Numbered from the stretch's first letter, positions 15,877 through 24,082 are shown. The stretch: 64,000 nucleotides of DNA from an uncultured Gammaproteobacteria bacterium (GCA_964570655.1 CAZMYU010000003.1:34325-98324); one strand, 5' to 3'. The notes: generated from the letters alone by a model not told the origin. Numbers and translations are program-made.

Positions 15877-18800
15877 TTATTCAACAACTTGTAAATCAAC
15901 TGGAAAATTATCTTTTAGCTCATTTAAAAGAGCGGCTGACTTATCAACCTGAAAACCGGTTTTGAGTATCCGAGACTCACCATTACTATTAATTTTAAAA
16001 TAAACTTGGGCAGAGCCAGGATATTTCAATAAAATCCGACGCAAGAGTTCTAGCTGATCAGCTGGCAATTCTTTGGCCAAAATTATTTTGAGCATTTCTA
16101 GGGCTACTGGCTCAGGGCTAGCCACTATTGGCTGCTCGGGTTTGGAGCTAGTGGTCTTCGAACGAAAATTATTGCGCCAATTACTTTTGCCATTACTAGC
16201 GCTCATTATTTTGGCCTTAAAACGATCGATGGATCCCACTACGTCATTATCATCGATAGCCATAGCCTGGTTGACCAAAAACTTGACATCCTGATCTTTA
16301 TCAGAAACCCGTCCTTCACAAATCACCGTCTTCCCTTCCTGCCAAATTTCCGGACTAGCGGTTAAGACCTTGGGAAAAACCAAGAGCTCAATATTGGTAA
16401 TAGCATCTTCAATTTTTACAAACAACATACTCTCATTATTGCGAGTCATAATCTTTTTCAAACTCACAATCACCCCAGCGGTTTTTACTGAGAAATCACT
16501 CTCATGCCCCTTTAAATTCATAAGCGGAGTAATAAAGCCGTTCAGATACTCCCGATAATGATTAAAAGGATGCTCGCTAATATACAAACCCAACAATTCT
16601 TTTTCCCATTGCAATCTAAGTTTGTCATCAATTGGTCCAGCCGGCGCCAATTTGGGCTTGATACCCTCATACACCAAAGGAGCGCTAGCAAACAAACTAT
16701 TTTGTCGACTCAGCAAAGATTTGGCATGTTCTTTATTATAACTCAGTAGCAATTCCATGTTGGCCAAAAGTTCTCCGCGATCTCGAAAACCGTCCAGGCC
16801 ACCGCATTTGATCAAGCTCTCTAAAGATTTTTTATTGAGATCTTTGTCAGTAATTCTTTCCAAAAAATTAAAAACATCTCCGTAGGGACCATTAGCTTTT
16901 CTTTCCTTAATAATAGTTTCAGCAATATGTTCACCAACATTTTTAACCGCACTCAGCCCAAAGCGAATAGCCTGCGGTGACTCGCTAGCCGTTGCTTCTT
17001 TGTTTTTCTGAGTACCGGAAGTGATGACCGTAAAAGAAGTAAATGATTCATTAACATCGGGGGGCATAATGCTCAGTCCCATTTTGCGACACTCATCAAT
17101 CTCAATCGCGATGCGATCAGTATCATGTTGATCAGAGGTGAGTAGCGCCGCCATGAACTCGGCTGGAAAATGAGCCTTGAGATAAGCGGTCTGATAACCG
17201 ATCATGGCATAGCAAGCGGCATGACTGCGATTGAAACCATAACCAGCAAAAGGCTCAATAAAAGAAAACAATTTTTTGGCCAGCTCATCAGAAAGACCGT
17301 TGGCAATACAACCACTCACAAATTTTTCTTTTTGCTCGGCTAAGAGGGCTGGAATTTTTTTGCCCATGGCTTTTCTAAGAACATCGGCTTGTCCCATACT
17401 AAAGCCAGCCAACTCCCGAGCAATTTGCATGACTTGTTCTTGATAAATAGCCACGCCATAAGTTTTATCTAAAATAGGTTCAAGTTTAGGATGCAAATAA
17501 TTTATCTTTTGTTTATGCTTGGAAGAAATATAATCCGGAATCCATTCCATGGGACCCGGCCGATACAAAGCCACCATAGCAATAATATCTTCTAGCTCGG
17601 TGGGGACCAAATCACGCAAATATTTTTTCATGCCCGAAGACTCAAATTGAAAAACACCAGTAGTTTCACCTTTTTGAAAGAGACGATAAGTTTCTAAATC
17701 ATCAAGCGGCAAATCATCAATATCAATCTCTAAGCCCCGAGTATTTTTGATAATTCTCAGTGCCGCCTCAATAATGGTGAGATTTTTAAGCCCTAAAAAA
17801 TCCATTTTGAGTAACCCCAAATCTTCAATCGGGTGCAGTGAATATTGTGAGACTACATCTTTGTCCGAAGAAGAAGCATATTGCACGGGCACATTATTGA
17901 TGAGCGGATCCTTGGTAATGAGTACTCCGCAAGCATGCATTGAAGAATGACGAGCCACTCCTTCCAAAATTTTGGCAAAATCTAATATTTGCCGAGCCGC
18001 CGGCTCTTTCTCATAGATTTCTTTTAACTCCGCGACAGTTTTGAGAGCTTCGTCTAATTTGGTAAACATCGGAATCATCTTGGCCAAACGATCACAATAA
18101 TCATAAGGCTCGTTTAAAACTCGACCAACATCCCGGACGGCCGCTCGCGCCGCCATAGTTCCAAAAGTGATAATTTGTGAAACATGATCTTGACCATACT
18201 TGCTTTCAACATAACGGATCACTTCGTCTCGCCGGGTATCGGCAAAATCCATATCAATATCCGGCATCGAAATTCGATCGGGATTTAGAAATCTTTCAAA
18301 CAGCAAATCATAGCGAAGAGGATCCAAGTTGGTGATGCCAGTCAAATAACAAACAATTGAACCAGCGGCACTCCCACGACCGGGACCGACCACAATCTTG
18401 CGATCCTTGGCCCAATTAACAAAATCAGCAACAATCAAAAAATAAGAAGGCCAACCCATTTCGCCAATCACCTTCAACTCATATTCCATTCGATCAGTGA
18501 TAGCTTTTAATCTTTCGGGCGGAAGTTCTGCTTTGTATCTTTTTTTGATTCCCTCTTCGCATAAATGTTTTAGATAACCCAAACCATCATAAGGAGCCGG
18601 CACATCAAAATGAGGCAATTGCACATTGCCCAATTCAATGTTCACCTGACAAGCCTCCGCGATTTTCAAAGTATTGAGAGCCGCTTCAGGAACCTCGCTA
18701 AACAGAGCCGACATCTCTTCTGGTGACCGCAAAGAATAATCACCAAAGCCTTTCATTTTCATTCGATCAGTGTCGTCTATCTTTTTTTTGTTTTGCAGAC

Positions 18801-19467
18801 ACAATAAAATATCTTGAGCCGTATCATCTTCCTGACGCAGATAATGAGAATCATTGGTCAAAACTAGTGGAACATTGAGCTCTTTAGAAAATTTAATAAG
18901 TTGTTTATTGACTCGGTCCTGACCCTCTAACTCAGGATGATCCATTATTTCCAAATAAAAATTACCAGGGCCAAATAATTCCTGGTACTCTAAAATTCTT
19001 TTTTTGGCTTCCGGCAATCTGTCGGCCGAAATAAGCCGCGGAATCTCTCCGCCCAAACAAGCCGTCGAAGCAATTAAACCCTCGTGATATTTAGTGAGTA
19101 ACTCCCAGTCGATTCGGGGTTTATAATAAAAACCCTCCAGATGAGCATAGCTAGTTAACTTGATCAAATTTTGATAACCCTGATTATTTTTAGCTAGCAA
19201 CAAAAGATGAAAGTTGCGAGCATCATCACGAGTTTTTTTCTCTAGTCGTCCATTAGGAGCGACATAAGCCTCCATACCAATAATTGGCTTAATACCGGCC
19301 TTCAGGCATTTCTGATAAAACTCGATTACCCCATACATAACACCGTGGTCAGTAATGGCCACGGCGGGAGAACCCTGTTCTTTGACTTTTTGGACTAGCT
19401 CGTCAATTTTGCTAAGTCCATCGAGCAAAGAATAATGGGTATGATTGTGAAGATGCACGAAAGACAT
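15877..19467 (-). CDS. dnaE: DNA polymerase III alpha subunit
   Basis: 1196 aa. PHP domain FVHLHNHTHYSLLDG, palm/fingers (PGRGSAAGS, PDIDMDF), C-terminal OB-fold region. Confidence 0.95.
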   Translation of the reverse strand: MSFVHLHNHTHYSLLDGLSKIDELVQKVKEQGSPAVAITDHGVMYGVIEFYQKCLKAGIKPIIGMEAYVAPNGRLEKKTRDDARNFHLLLLAKNNQGYQNLIKLTSYAHLEGFYYKPRIDWELLTKYHEGLIASTACLGGEIPRLISADRLPEAKKRILEYQELFGPGNFYLEIMDHPELEGQDRVNKQLIKFSKELNVPLVLTNDSHYLRQEDDTAQDILLCLQNKKKIDDTDRMKMKGFGDYSLRSPEEMSALFSEVPEAALNTLKIAEACQVNIELGNVQLPHFDVPAPYDGLGYLKHLCEEGIKKRYKAELPPERLKAITDRMEYELKVIGEMGWPSYFLIVADFVNWAKDRKIVVGPGRGSAAGSIVCYLTGITNLDPLRYDLLFERFLNPDRISMPDIDMDFADTRRDEVIRYVESKYGQDHVSQIITFGTMAARAAVRDVGRVLNEPYDYCDRLAKMIPMFTKLDEALKTVAELKEIYEKEPAARQILDFAKILEGVARHSSMHACGVLITKDPLINNVPVQYASSSDKDVVSQYSLHPIEDLGLLKMDFLGLKNLTIIEAALRIIKNTRGLEIDIDDLPLDDLETYRLFQKGETTGVFQFESSGMKKYLRDLVPTELEDIIAMVALYRPGPMEWIPDYISSKHKQKINYLHPKLEPILDKTYGVAIYQEQVMQIARELAGFSMGQADVLRKAMGKKIPALLAEQKEKFVSGCIANGLSDELAKKLFSFIEPFAGYGFNRSHAACYAMIGYQTAYLKAHFPAEFMAALLTSDQHDTDRIAIEIDECRKMGLSIMPPDVNESFTSFTVITSGTQKNKEATASESPQAIRFGLSAVKNVGEHIAETIIKERKANGPYGDVFNFLERITDKDLNKKSLESLIKCGGLDGFRDRGELLANMELLLSYNKEHAKSLLSRQNSLFASAPLVYEGIKPKLAPAGPIDDKLRLQWEKELLGLYISEHPFNHYREYLNGFITPLMNLKGHESDFSVKTAGVIVSLKKIMTRNNESMLFVKIEDAITNIELLVFPKVLTASPEIWQEGKTVICEGRVSDKDQDVKFLVNQAMAIDDNDVVGSIDRFKAKIMSASNGKSNWRNNFRSKTTSSKPEQPIVASPEPVALEMLKIILAKELPADQLELLRRILLKYPGSAQVYFKINSNGESRILKTGFQVDKSAALLNELKDNFPVDLQVVE

Positions 19468-19516
19468 AACACAGTAATTAGTAATTTGTAGTTGGTATTT
19501 AGGACGCGGAAGATAT

Positions 19517-20383
19517 TTAACGTAATTTAGAGAGCATGCCGTCTAGTTCTTCATCGTTATTAAAATTAATAATAATCTGGCCACCATGAATCTTACGGCG
19601 AATCTCGCTTTTATTACCAAAAAACTGGCGGATTGTTTCTAGGCGCTCCTCATCGCGCACATCCATATGAACCTTGGCAGATTTGGTGCCTCCCAGACGT
19701 TTTATCATAGCGTCTGTGTCTTTAACCGTCAAGTTGTGGCGGACAATGTCTTTGAAAACCTGCCATTGCTTTTTGGGATCACTAATTCCTAGCAAATATT
19801 TGGCATGAGCTTCGGTAATTCTACCTGAGCTAAGAGCCCTTTGCATTTCTTCGGGCAAATGAAGCATCCGCAGAGTATTGGCAATGCTCGAACGAGGCTG
19901 GCCAACTTGTTTAGAAATCTGCTCCTGAGTCAAATTAAATTCACTGAGCAATTGATTATAAGCAATGGCCATTTCAATGGGATTCAAATTCTCGCGTTGA
20001 ATATTTTCAACCAAAGCTAATTCTAATTTTTTTTGATCACTCACTTCTCGAATCAAAACCGGGACTTCTTTTAATTTCAAAGCCTGAGAACTCCGTAATC
20101 GTCTTTCGCCAGCGATGAGCTCATAGGCGTCACCACTTTTGGAAACTACTAATGGCTGAATAATGCCATGCTCCGAAATAGAATCCATGAGATCCCGCAG
20201 AGCATCTTCATTAAAATCATGCCGGGGTTGACGAGGATTGGGTTTAATCTTGAAAGGATCCACCATCAGCACACCGGCTTTTTCCAAAACCAAATTGTCA
20301 CCACTGCCCACATTAAAATCGGTGTAGTTATTTACTTTTTTGGGAATGAGGGATGATAATCCCCGACCAAGTCCTTGAGGCAT
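19517..20383 (-). CDS. parB: Chromosome partitioning protein ParB
   Basis: 288 aa. ParB box LIAGERRLRSS, HTH (LTQEQISKQVGQPRSSIANTLR), N-terminal GLGRGLSSLI. Confidence 0.9.
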   Translation of the reverse strand: MPQGLGRGLSSLIPKKVNNYTDFNVGSGDNLVLEKAGVLMVDPFKIKPNPRQPRHDFNEDALRDLMDSISEHGIIQPLVVSKSGDAYELIAGERRLRSSQALKLKEVPVLIREVSDQKKLELALVENIQRENLNPIEMAIAYNQLLSEFNLTQEQISKQVGQPRSSIANTLRMLHLPEEMQRALSSGRITEAHAKYLLGISDPKKQWQVFKDIVRHNLTVKDTDAMIKRLGGTKSAKVHMDVRDEERLETIRQFFGNKSEIRRKIHGGQIIINFNNDEELDGMLSKLR

Positions 20384-20392
20384 ATAATTAAG

Positions 20393-20422
20393 CTGTCATC
20401 CTGGCGAAGGCCAGGATCCAGG
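20393..20422 (-). promoter_or_regulatory. Conserved intercistronic hairpin motif CCTGGATCC-stem-loop-GGATGACAG (copy 1, upstream of parB)
   Basis: Minus strand CCTGGATCCTGGCcttcGCCAGGATGACAG ends 9 nt before the parB ATG. A second copy with identical flanks but a different, still complementary inner stem is at 34446-34476. Confidence 0.7.
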
Positions 20423-20442
20423 TTCTTATTTATTAAAAATTA

Positions 20443-21243
20443 TTATTCTAAATTAGTAGTTTTAGTAGTTTCCGTCCGACGTTCATCCAACTCGATAATC
20501 TCAGCGGCCAATTTCTCATAAGCTTTGGCCCCAGAAGACTTAGCATCATAATGCAAAATCGAGCGACCATAACTCGGAGCTTCGGCTAGACGAACACTAC
20601 GTGGAATAACCGAGGTGAAAACTCGATTAGGAAAATATTGATGCAATTCATTTTTGACTAGTTCTGATAAACGATTACGTTTGTCATACATAGTGACCAC
20701 CGCCCCCATAATCCCCAAGCTAGGCTTGAGATTATTTTGAATCATAAAAATAGTTTCCAAAAGTTGTCCCAAACCTTCCAGGGCATAATATTCACTTTGG
20801 ACTGGGATGAGAACTTGATCAGCGGCCACCAGACTATTAATCGTGAGCAGTCCCAAAGATGGCGGGCCATCAATTATTATATAATCATAATCATTTTTGA
20901 TTTCCGAAATAGCCTGACTCAGTCGAAACTCTCGATCACCTAGCGACACCAGCTCAATCGCCGCTCCAGCCAAATTAAGAGTGGCCGGAGAGATATAATA
21001 ACCGTTTTGGGTAGTCCGTTTAATAGTTTTAGACAAAGGAATTTCGCCAATAATAGCATGGTAAACGCCTTTATCAACTTTGCGATGATCAACCCCTAAA
21101 CCTGATGAAGCATTGGCCTGCGGATCAACATCGACAAGCAAAACCTGCTTACCCAGATGTGCCAAGTAAGCCCCCAAATTAATAGCGGTCGTGGTCTTGC
21201 CCACCCCGCCCTTTTGATTAACCACCGAAATAATTTTGCCCAT
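20443..21243 (-). CDS. parA: Chromosome partitioning ATPase ParA/Soj
   Basis: 266 aa. Deviant Walker A NQKGGVGKTTT and IIIDGPPSLG. Confidence 0.9.
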   Translation of the reverse strand: MGKIISVVNQKGGVGKTTTAINLGAYLAHLGKQVLLVDVDPQANASSGLGVDHRKVDKGVYHAIIGEIPLSKTIKRTTQNGYYISPATLNLAGAAIELVSLGDREFRLSQAISEIKNDYDYIIIDGPPSLGLLTINSLVAADQVLIPVQSEYYALEGLGQLLETIFMIQNNLKPSLGIMGAVVTMYDKRNRLSELVKNELHQYFPNRVFTSVIPRSVRLAEAPSYGRSILHYDAKSSGAKAYEKLAAEIIELDERRTETTKTTNLE

Positions 21244-21256
21244 ATTTTATACTCTC

Positions 21257-21285
21257 AGTATAACTAATTTTAACACCTTTGACAA
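21257..21285 (-). promoter_or_regulatory. Candidate parA promoter TTGTCA-N17-TATACT
   Basis: Minus strand TTGTCAaaggtgttaaaattagtTATACT, 13 nt upstream of the parA ATG. Confidence 0.4.
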
Positions 21286-21320
21286 TTTTTATAAATTTTT
21301 AATCTGAGTCCAAACCCTTG

Positions 21321-21352
21321 CTCCCATACTCCTAATATTAGGAGTATGGGAG
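21321..21352. repeat. 32-bp perfect palindrome CTCCCATACTCCTAATATTAGGAGTATGGGAG (copy 1)
   Basis: Exact self-complementary 32-mer. An identical copy lies at 22101-22132, exactly 780 bp away. Confidence 0.95.
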
Positions 21353-21356
21353 CGGG

Positions 21357-21385
21357 AAATAAAAAAGGAAGCGGTGAGGCTTCCT
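21357..21385 (-). terminator. Rho-independent terminator of the 21410-22009 gene
   Basis: Minus strand AGGAAGCctcaccGCTTCCTttttttattt. 7-bp stem followed by a T-run, 25 nt after the stop. Confidence 0.75.
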
Positions 21386-21409
21386 GATTAAAAGGCACAT
21401 GACGGATAA

Positions 21410-22009
21410 TTAATTTAGCATTTGAGAGAATCTCACATACTCAGAGTCTATTGATGTATATGTTTTCGATAGATGATCTTTTTCACCGAGGATACAATTA
21501 ATCTCTTTGGCAAATCCCTCTCTAAATATACGAGCATTTTCGCCGGTCCATTTCAAAAAAATCTTGGGCATCAAATCTTTGGCCAACCTGACTTCTTCAA
21601 CATGCAAACCAGACTCGGCCTCCATCTTAATAACATGCGCAAAAATTTGTGCGAATCTAAGCGGTGATGAATCACGAGCAGCGGCTTCAAACAAAGAAAA
21701 TAAGAGATTCTTTGTTTTGACATTAACGATGGAATGGTCCAAATGGCAATAATAAGCAATAAAATTAATAGTAGACCAGCTATTAATTTTTTCGGTGAAA
21801 TACGAAACAATCCGGTTGCTTAATGCCGTCATTCTTTTCAGACTCATCTCTTTAAAGAGACTAATCACCTCCTCTTCGTCCTCCTTCATGGCATTGATTA
21901 AGGCAATTTCTAATTTTAAGTTTTTTGCCTTAATTGTTTTGATCATAGAGATAAGACCAAACAAAATAAATCCTCCGGCCAATAATGGCACCAACAATGA
22001 ACTAATCAT
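21410..22009 (-). CDS. Hypothetical protein with N-terminal TM, bracketed by identical palindromes
   Basis: 199 aa. TM LLVPLLAGGFILFGLISMI followed by a helical soluble part. No recognised motif. Has its own promoter and terminator. Confidence 0.55.
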   Translation of the reverse strand: MISSLLVPLLAGGFILFGLISMIKTIKAKNLKLEIALINAMKEDEEEVISLFKEMSLKRMTALSNRIVSYFTEKINSWSTINFIAYYCHLDHSIVNVKTKNLLFSLFEAAARDSSPLRFAQIFAHVIKMEAESGLHVEEVRLAKDLMPKIFLKWTGENARIFREGFAKEINCILGEKDHLSKTYTSIDSEYVRFSQMLN

Positions 22010-22066
22010 TTTTTTATATTTTAGAGCGTTAAAAATTTTATTTTCAAAAAACTATATCAATAAAGT

Positions 22067-22095
22067 ATTTAATCAGATAATGATAAAAATGTCAA
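22067..22095 (-). promoter_or_regulatory. Candidate promoter TTGACA-N17-TTAAAT for the 21410-22009 gene
   Basis: Minus strand ...GGGAGTGGGGTTGACAtttttatcattatctgaTTAAAT. The -35 is 5 nt from the palindrome end. Confidence 0.45.
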
Positions 22096-22100
22096 CCCCA

Positions 22101-22132
22101 CTCCCATACTCCTAATATTAGGAGTATGGGAG
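22101..22132. repeat. 32-bp perfect palindrome CTCCCATACTCCTAATATTAGGAGTATGGGAG (copy 2)
   Basis: Identical to 21321-21352. Here the palindrome extends by CA/TG to 36 bp. Confidence 0.95.
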
Positions 22133-22165
22133 TGAAGATAATTTTTAATTATTAATTTTTAATTC

Positions 22166-22195
22166 AAAAAACGACATCTTTAGATGTCGTTTTTT
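22166..22195 (-). terminator. Rho-independent terminator after tRNA-Leu (bidirectional shape)
   Basis: aaaaaACGACATCtttaGATGTCGTttttt. 8-bp stem with an A-run and a T-run. Confidence 0.8.
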
Positions 22196-22200
22196 GTAAG

Positions 22201-22284
22201 TGCCTCGGGAGAGACTCGAACTCTCATGGGATCGCTCCCACACGATTTTGAGTCGTGCGCGTCTACCAGTTCCACCACCGAGGC
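22201..22284 (-). tRNA. tRNA-Leu (anticodon CAA), class II with long variable arm; CCA not encoded
   Basis: Minus strand: GCCTCGG-TG-GTGGAACTGGTAGACGCG-CACGA-CTCAAAA-TCGTG-TGGGAGCGATCCCATG-AGAGT-TCGAGTC-TCTCC... with 3' acceptor CCGAGGC and discriminator A. Acceptor, anticodon and T stems all pair. The anticodon loop is CU-CAA-AA. Confidence 0.92.
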
Positions 22285-22333
22285 CGCCGTAGCTTGGCCG
22301 TCAGGCCATCTTAGCGAAGGCGGCCCGAGGCCC
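22285..22333 (-). other. Structured GC-rich 5' leader element of the tRNA-Leu transcript (related to 8482-8520)
   Basis: Minus strand GGGCCTCGGGCCGCC-TTCGCTAAga-TGGCC-tgac-GGCCA-AGCTAC-GGCGG abuts tRNA nt +1. It shares GGGCCTCG..., TTCGCTAA and AGCTAC with the ruvA-upstream element. The closing stem differs by compensatory changes (CCGCC/GGCGG versus CCTGC/GCAGG). Confidence 0.6.
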
Positions 22334-22351
22334 TTATTTAATTATTCAATA

Positions 22352-22380
22352 ATAATACAAATTTGAGACTTAAAAGTCAA
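22352..22380 (-). promoter_or_regulatory. Candidate tRNA-Leu promoter TTGACT-N17-TATTAT
   Basis: Minus strand TTGACTtttaagtctcaaatttgTATTAT directly after the mnmA stop. Predicts a leader of about 60 nt. Confidence 0.5.
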
Positions 22381-22381
22381 A

Positions 22382-23458
22382 CTACTTGATTATTCCTCCG
22401 CCTAAAACTTCCTGGCCCTTATAAAAGACTACACTTTGTCCAGGGGTAATAGCTCGCTGGGGAGTTTTAAATCTGACTTCATAAGCACTGCCCTTCTTAA
22501 CAATTTCCACTGGTACTGCCTGATGCCGATAACGAATAACCGCTTGGCATTTTAAAACTTTTTTGATATCTCCACCATTTATCCAATTAACATTTTTGGC
22601 CATCAGTTTTTGCCCATACATTTTGGCATCATCAAAAGTTTTGGCCACATACAAAATATTTTTTTTAAAATCAAAGTCAGCCGCATAATAAGGACCGTTG
22701 CCGCCGATATTAATTCCCCGCCGTTGACCAATAGTAAACAAGGGTAAACCATCATGCTCACCAATCACTGGTCCACCAATTAATTGAATCTGGCCGGATT
22801 TAAGTTTTAAATATTTTTTCAAAAAATCATTATGATGTTTGCTGGAAACAAAACAAATCTCTTGGCTCTCGGCTTTTTCGGCTACTGGCAATTTGAATTT
22901 TTTGGCCAAAGCGCGCACCTGAGGCTTGGTATAATCAGCCAAAGGAAACATTAAATGTTTGAGCTCATCCTGATTAAAAGTATACAAAAAATAAGATTGA
23001 TCTTTATTTTTATCTTTGGCTTTAAACATTTTAATCTTTCCACCACTTTTTTGCAGCTTGACATAATGACCGGTGGCCACATAATCAAAGCCTAGGCTCC
23101 GAGCATATTTCAGAAGTCGACCAATCTTAATATTTTTGTTACAAACCACGCAAGGATTAGGGGTCCGGCCTTTTTGATATTCACTGAGGAAATTATCCAC
23201 TACTATTTTTTTAAAAGGTGCCCGAAAATCAAAAGTGTTCAGTGGAATACCCACAGCTCGACAAACTTCTTTGGCATCGCTTAAGGACTTGAGCGAACAA
23301 CATTTATTTTCCAATCCCGGCTGAGAATCATCTTTCCAGAAATGCAAAAACATCCCGCTAACTTGATAACCGGCTTTTTTAAGCAGGGCTGCGGCTACGG
23401 CTGAATCAACCCCGCCAGACATAGCCACTAACACTTTTTGGTTATTATTTTTATTCAT
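22382..23458 (-). CDS. mnmA: tRNA-specific 2-thiouridylase MnmA
   Basis: 358 aa. PP-loop VAMSGGVDSAV, catalytic Cys contexts (NPCVVCN, EICF). Confidence 0.92.
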   Translation of the reverse strand: MNKNNNQKVLVAMSGGVDSAVAAALLKKAGYQVSGMFLHFWKDDSQPGLENKCCSLKSLSDAKEVCRAVGIPLNTFDFRAPFKKIVVDNFLSEYQKGRTPNPCVVCNKNIKIGRLLKYARSLGFDYVATGHYVKLQKSGGKIKMFKAKDKNKDQSYFLYTFNQDELKHLMFPLADYTKPQVRALAKKFKLPVAEKAESQEICFVSSKHHNDFLKKYLKLKSGQIQLIGGPVIGEHDGLPLFTIGQRRGINIGGNGPYYAADFDFKKNILYVAKTFDDAKMYGQKLMAKNVNWINGGDIKKVLKCQAVIRYRHQAVPVEIVKKGSAYEVRFKTPQRAITPGQSVVFYKGQEVLGGGIIK

Positions 23459-23464
23459 AAAGTT

Positions 23465-23493
23465 ATATTAATCCATAAACTAGTAATAGTCAA
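23465..23493 (-). promoter_or_regulatory. Candidate mnmA promoter TTGACT-N17-TAATAT (leaderless geometry)
   Basis: Minus strand TTGACTattactagtttatggatTAATATaactttATG. Only 6 nt separate the -10 from the ATG. Confidence 0.5.
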
Positions 23494-23506
23494 AAATCAG
23501 ATAATT

Positions 23507-23540
23507 AAAAACCCTGAGCCATTTAGCATCAGGGTTGTCA
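23507..23540 (-). terminator. Rho-independent terminator of the 23555-24082 gene
   Basis: Minus strand AACCCTGAtgctaaatggcTCAGGGTTtttaatt. 8-bp stem followed by a T-run. Confidence 0.7.
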
Positions 23541-23554
23541 AACTTAACTTTCAA

Positions 23555-24082
23555 CTACACACGGTAATTCAGTTCTTTTGTCTTACGAACAGTGGCTTTC
23601 ATTTCGACCTCACCTTCCTTGATTATCAAGAAAAAAGAGCCGATACCCCAAGGCAGATTGCAGGAATTAAGATCCAGTTTGGAATGATTGTTTTTTCCGG
23701 GACAAATTACAACCACAAAACTATCCCCCTTGTCTTCAAGTTTCGAACCCAAAGCAGCTGTGAAGCAAACCTGGCTACGTTCCGGTTGGTAAATACGATA
23801 ACTAAGTATTTCAGTAGAGGTCCCTGAGCGATAACCATGCTTCCTGACCATCTCTTCAACTTGCTGAGTGGTTCTTTCTTCCTCAAAATGAGCTAAGCGA
23901 GCCAGCAAGGTTACGGTTTTCCCAATTAACTCTGGTGGGGTAGGAAAATTTTGATTATTTACTCCGGAATTTATCTGGTTATACTTACCAATAGCTACCA
24001 TTTCCTCGGTACTGTGAACATAATTTACAAGCAATGGAAAAGCTTTGCCCAAAATCATGCCATTGATTTGTTTTTCTTTCAT
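23555..24082 (-). CDS. Hypothetical protein (orphan, own SD and terminator)
   Basis: ATG at 24082 (MKEKQINGM...) is preceded by AAGGAG 6 nt upstream. The longer track ORF start at 24145 has no such signal. No motif recognised. Confidence 0.55.
   Translation of the reverse strand: MKEKQINGMILGKAFPLLVNYVHSTEEMVAIGKYNQINSGVNNQNFPTPPELIGKTVTLLARLAHFEEERTTQQVEEMVRKHGYRSGTSTEILSYRIYQPERSQVCFTAALGSKLEDKGDSFVVVICPGKNNHSKLDLNSCNLPWGIGSFFLIIKEGEVEMKATVRKTKELNYRV

Noticed and set aside
21321-22132. Integron gene cassette bounded by attC sites
   Set aside because: The palindromes are perfect and identical, unlike imperfect attC sites with extrahelical bases and GTTRRRY cores. No integrase or attI in the window. 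The cassette idea is kept only as one of several hypotheses in the findings.
22184-22366. 60-aa plus-strand ORF
   Set aside because: Antisense to tRNA-Leu and its GC-rich leader. No start context. An artefact of GC-rich RNA-gene sequence.
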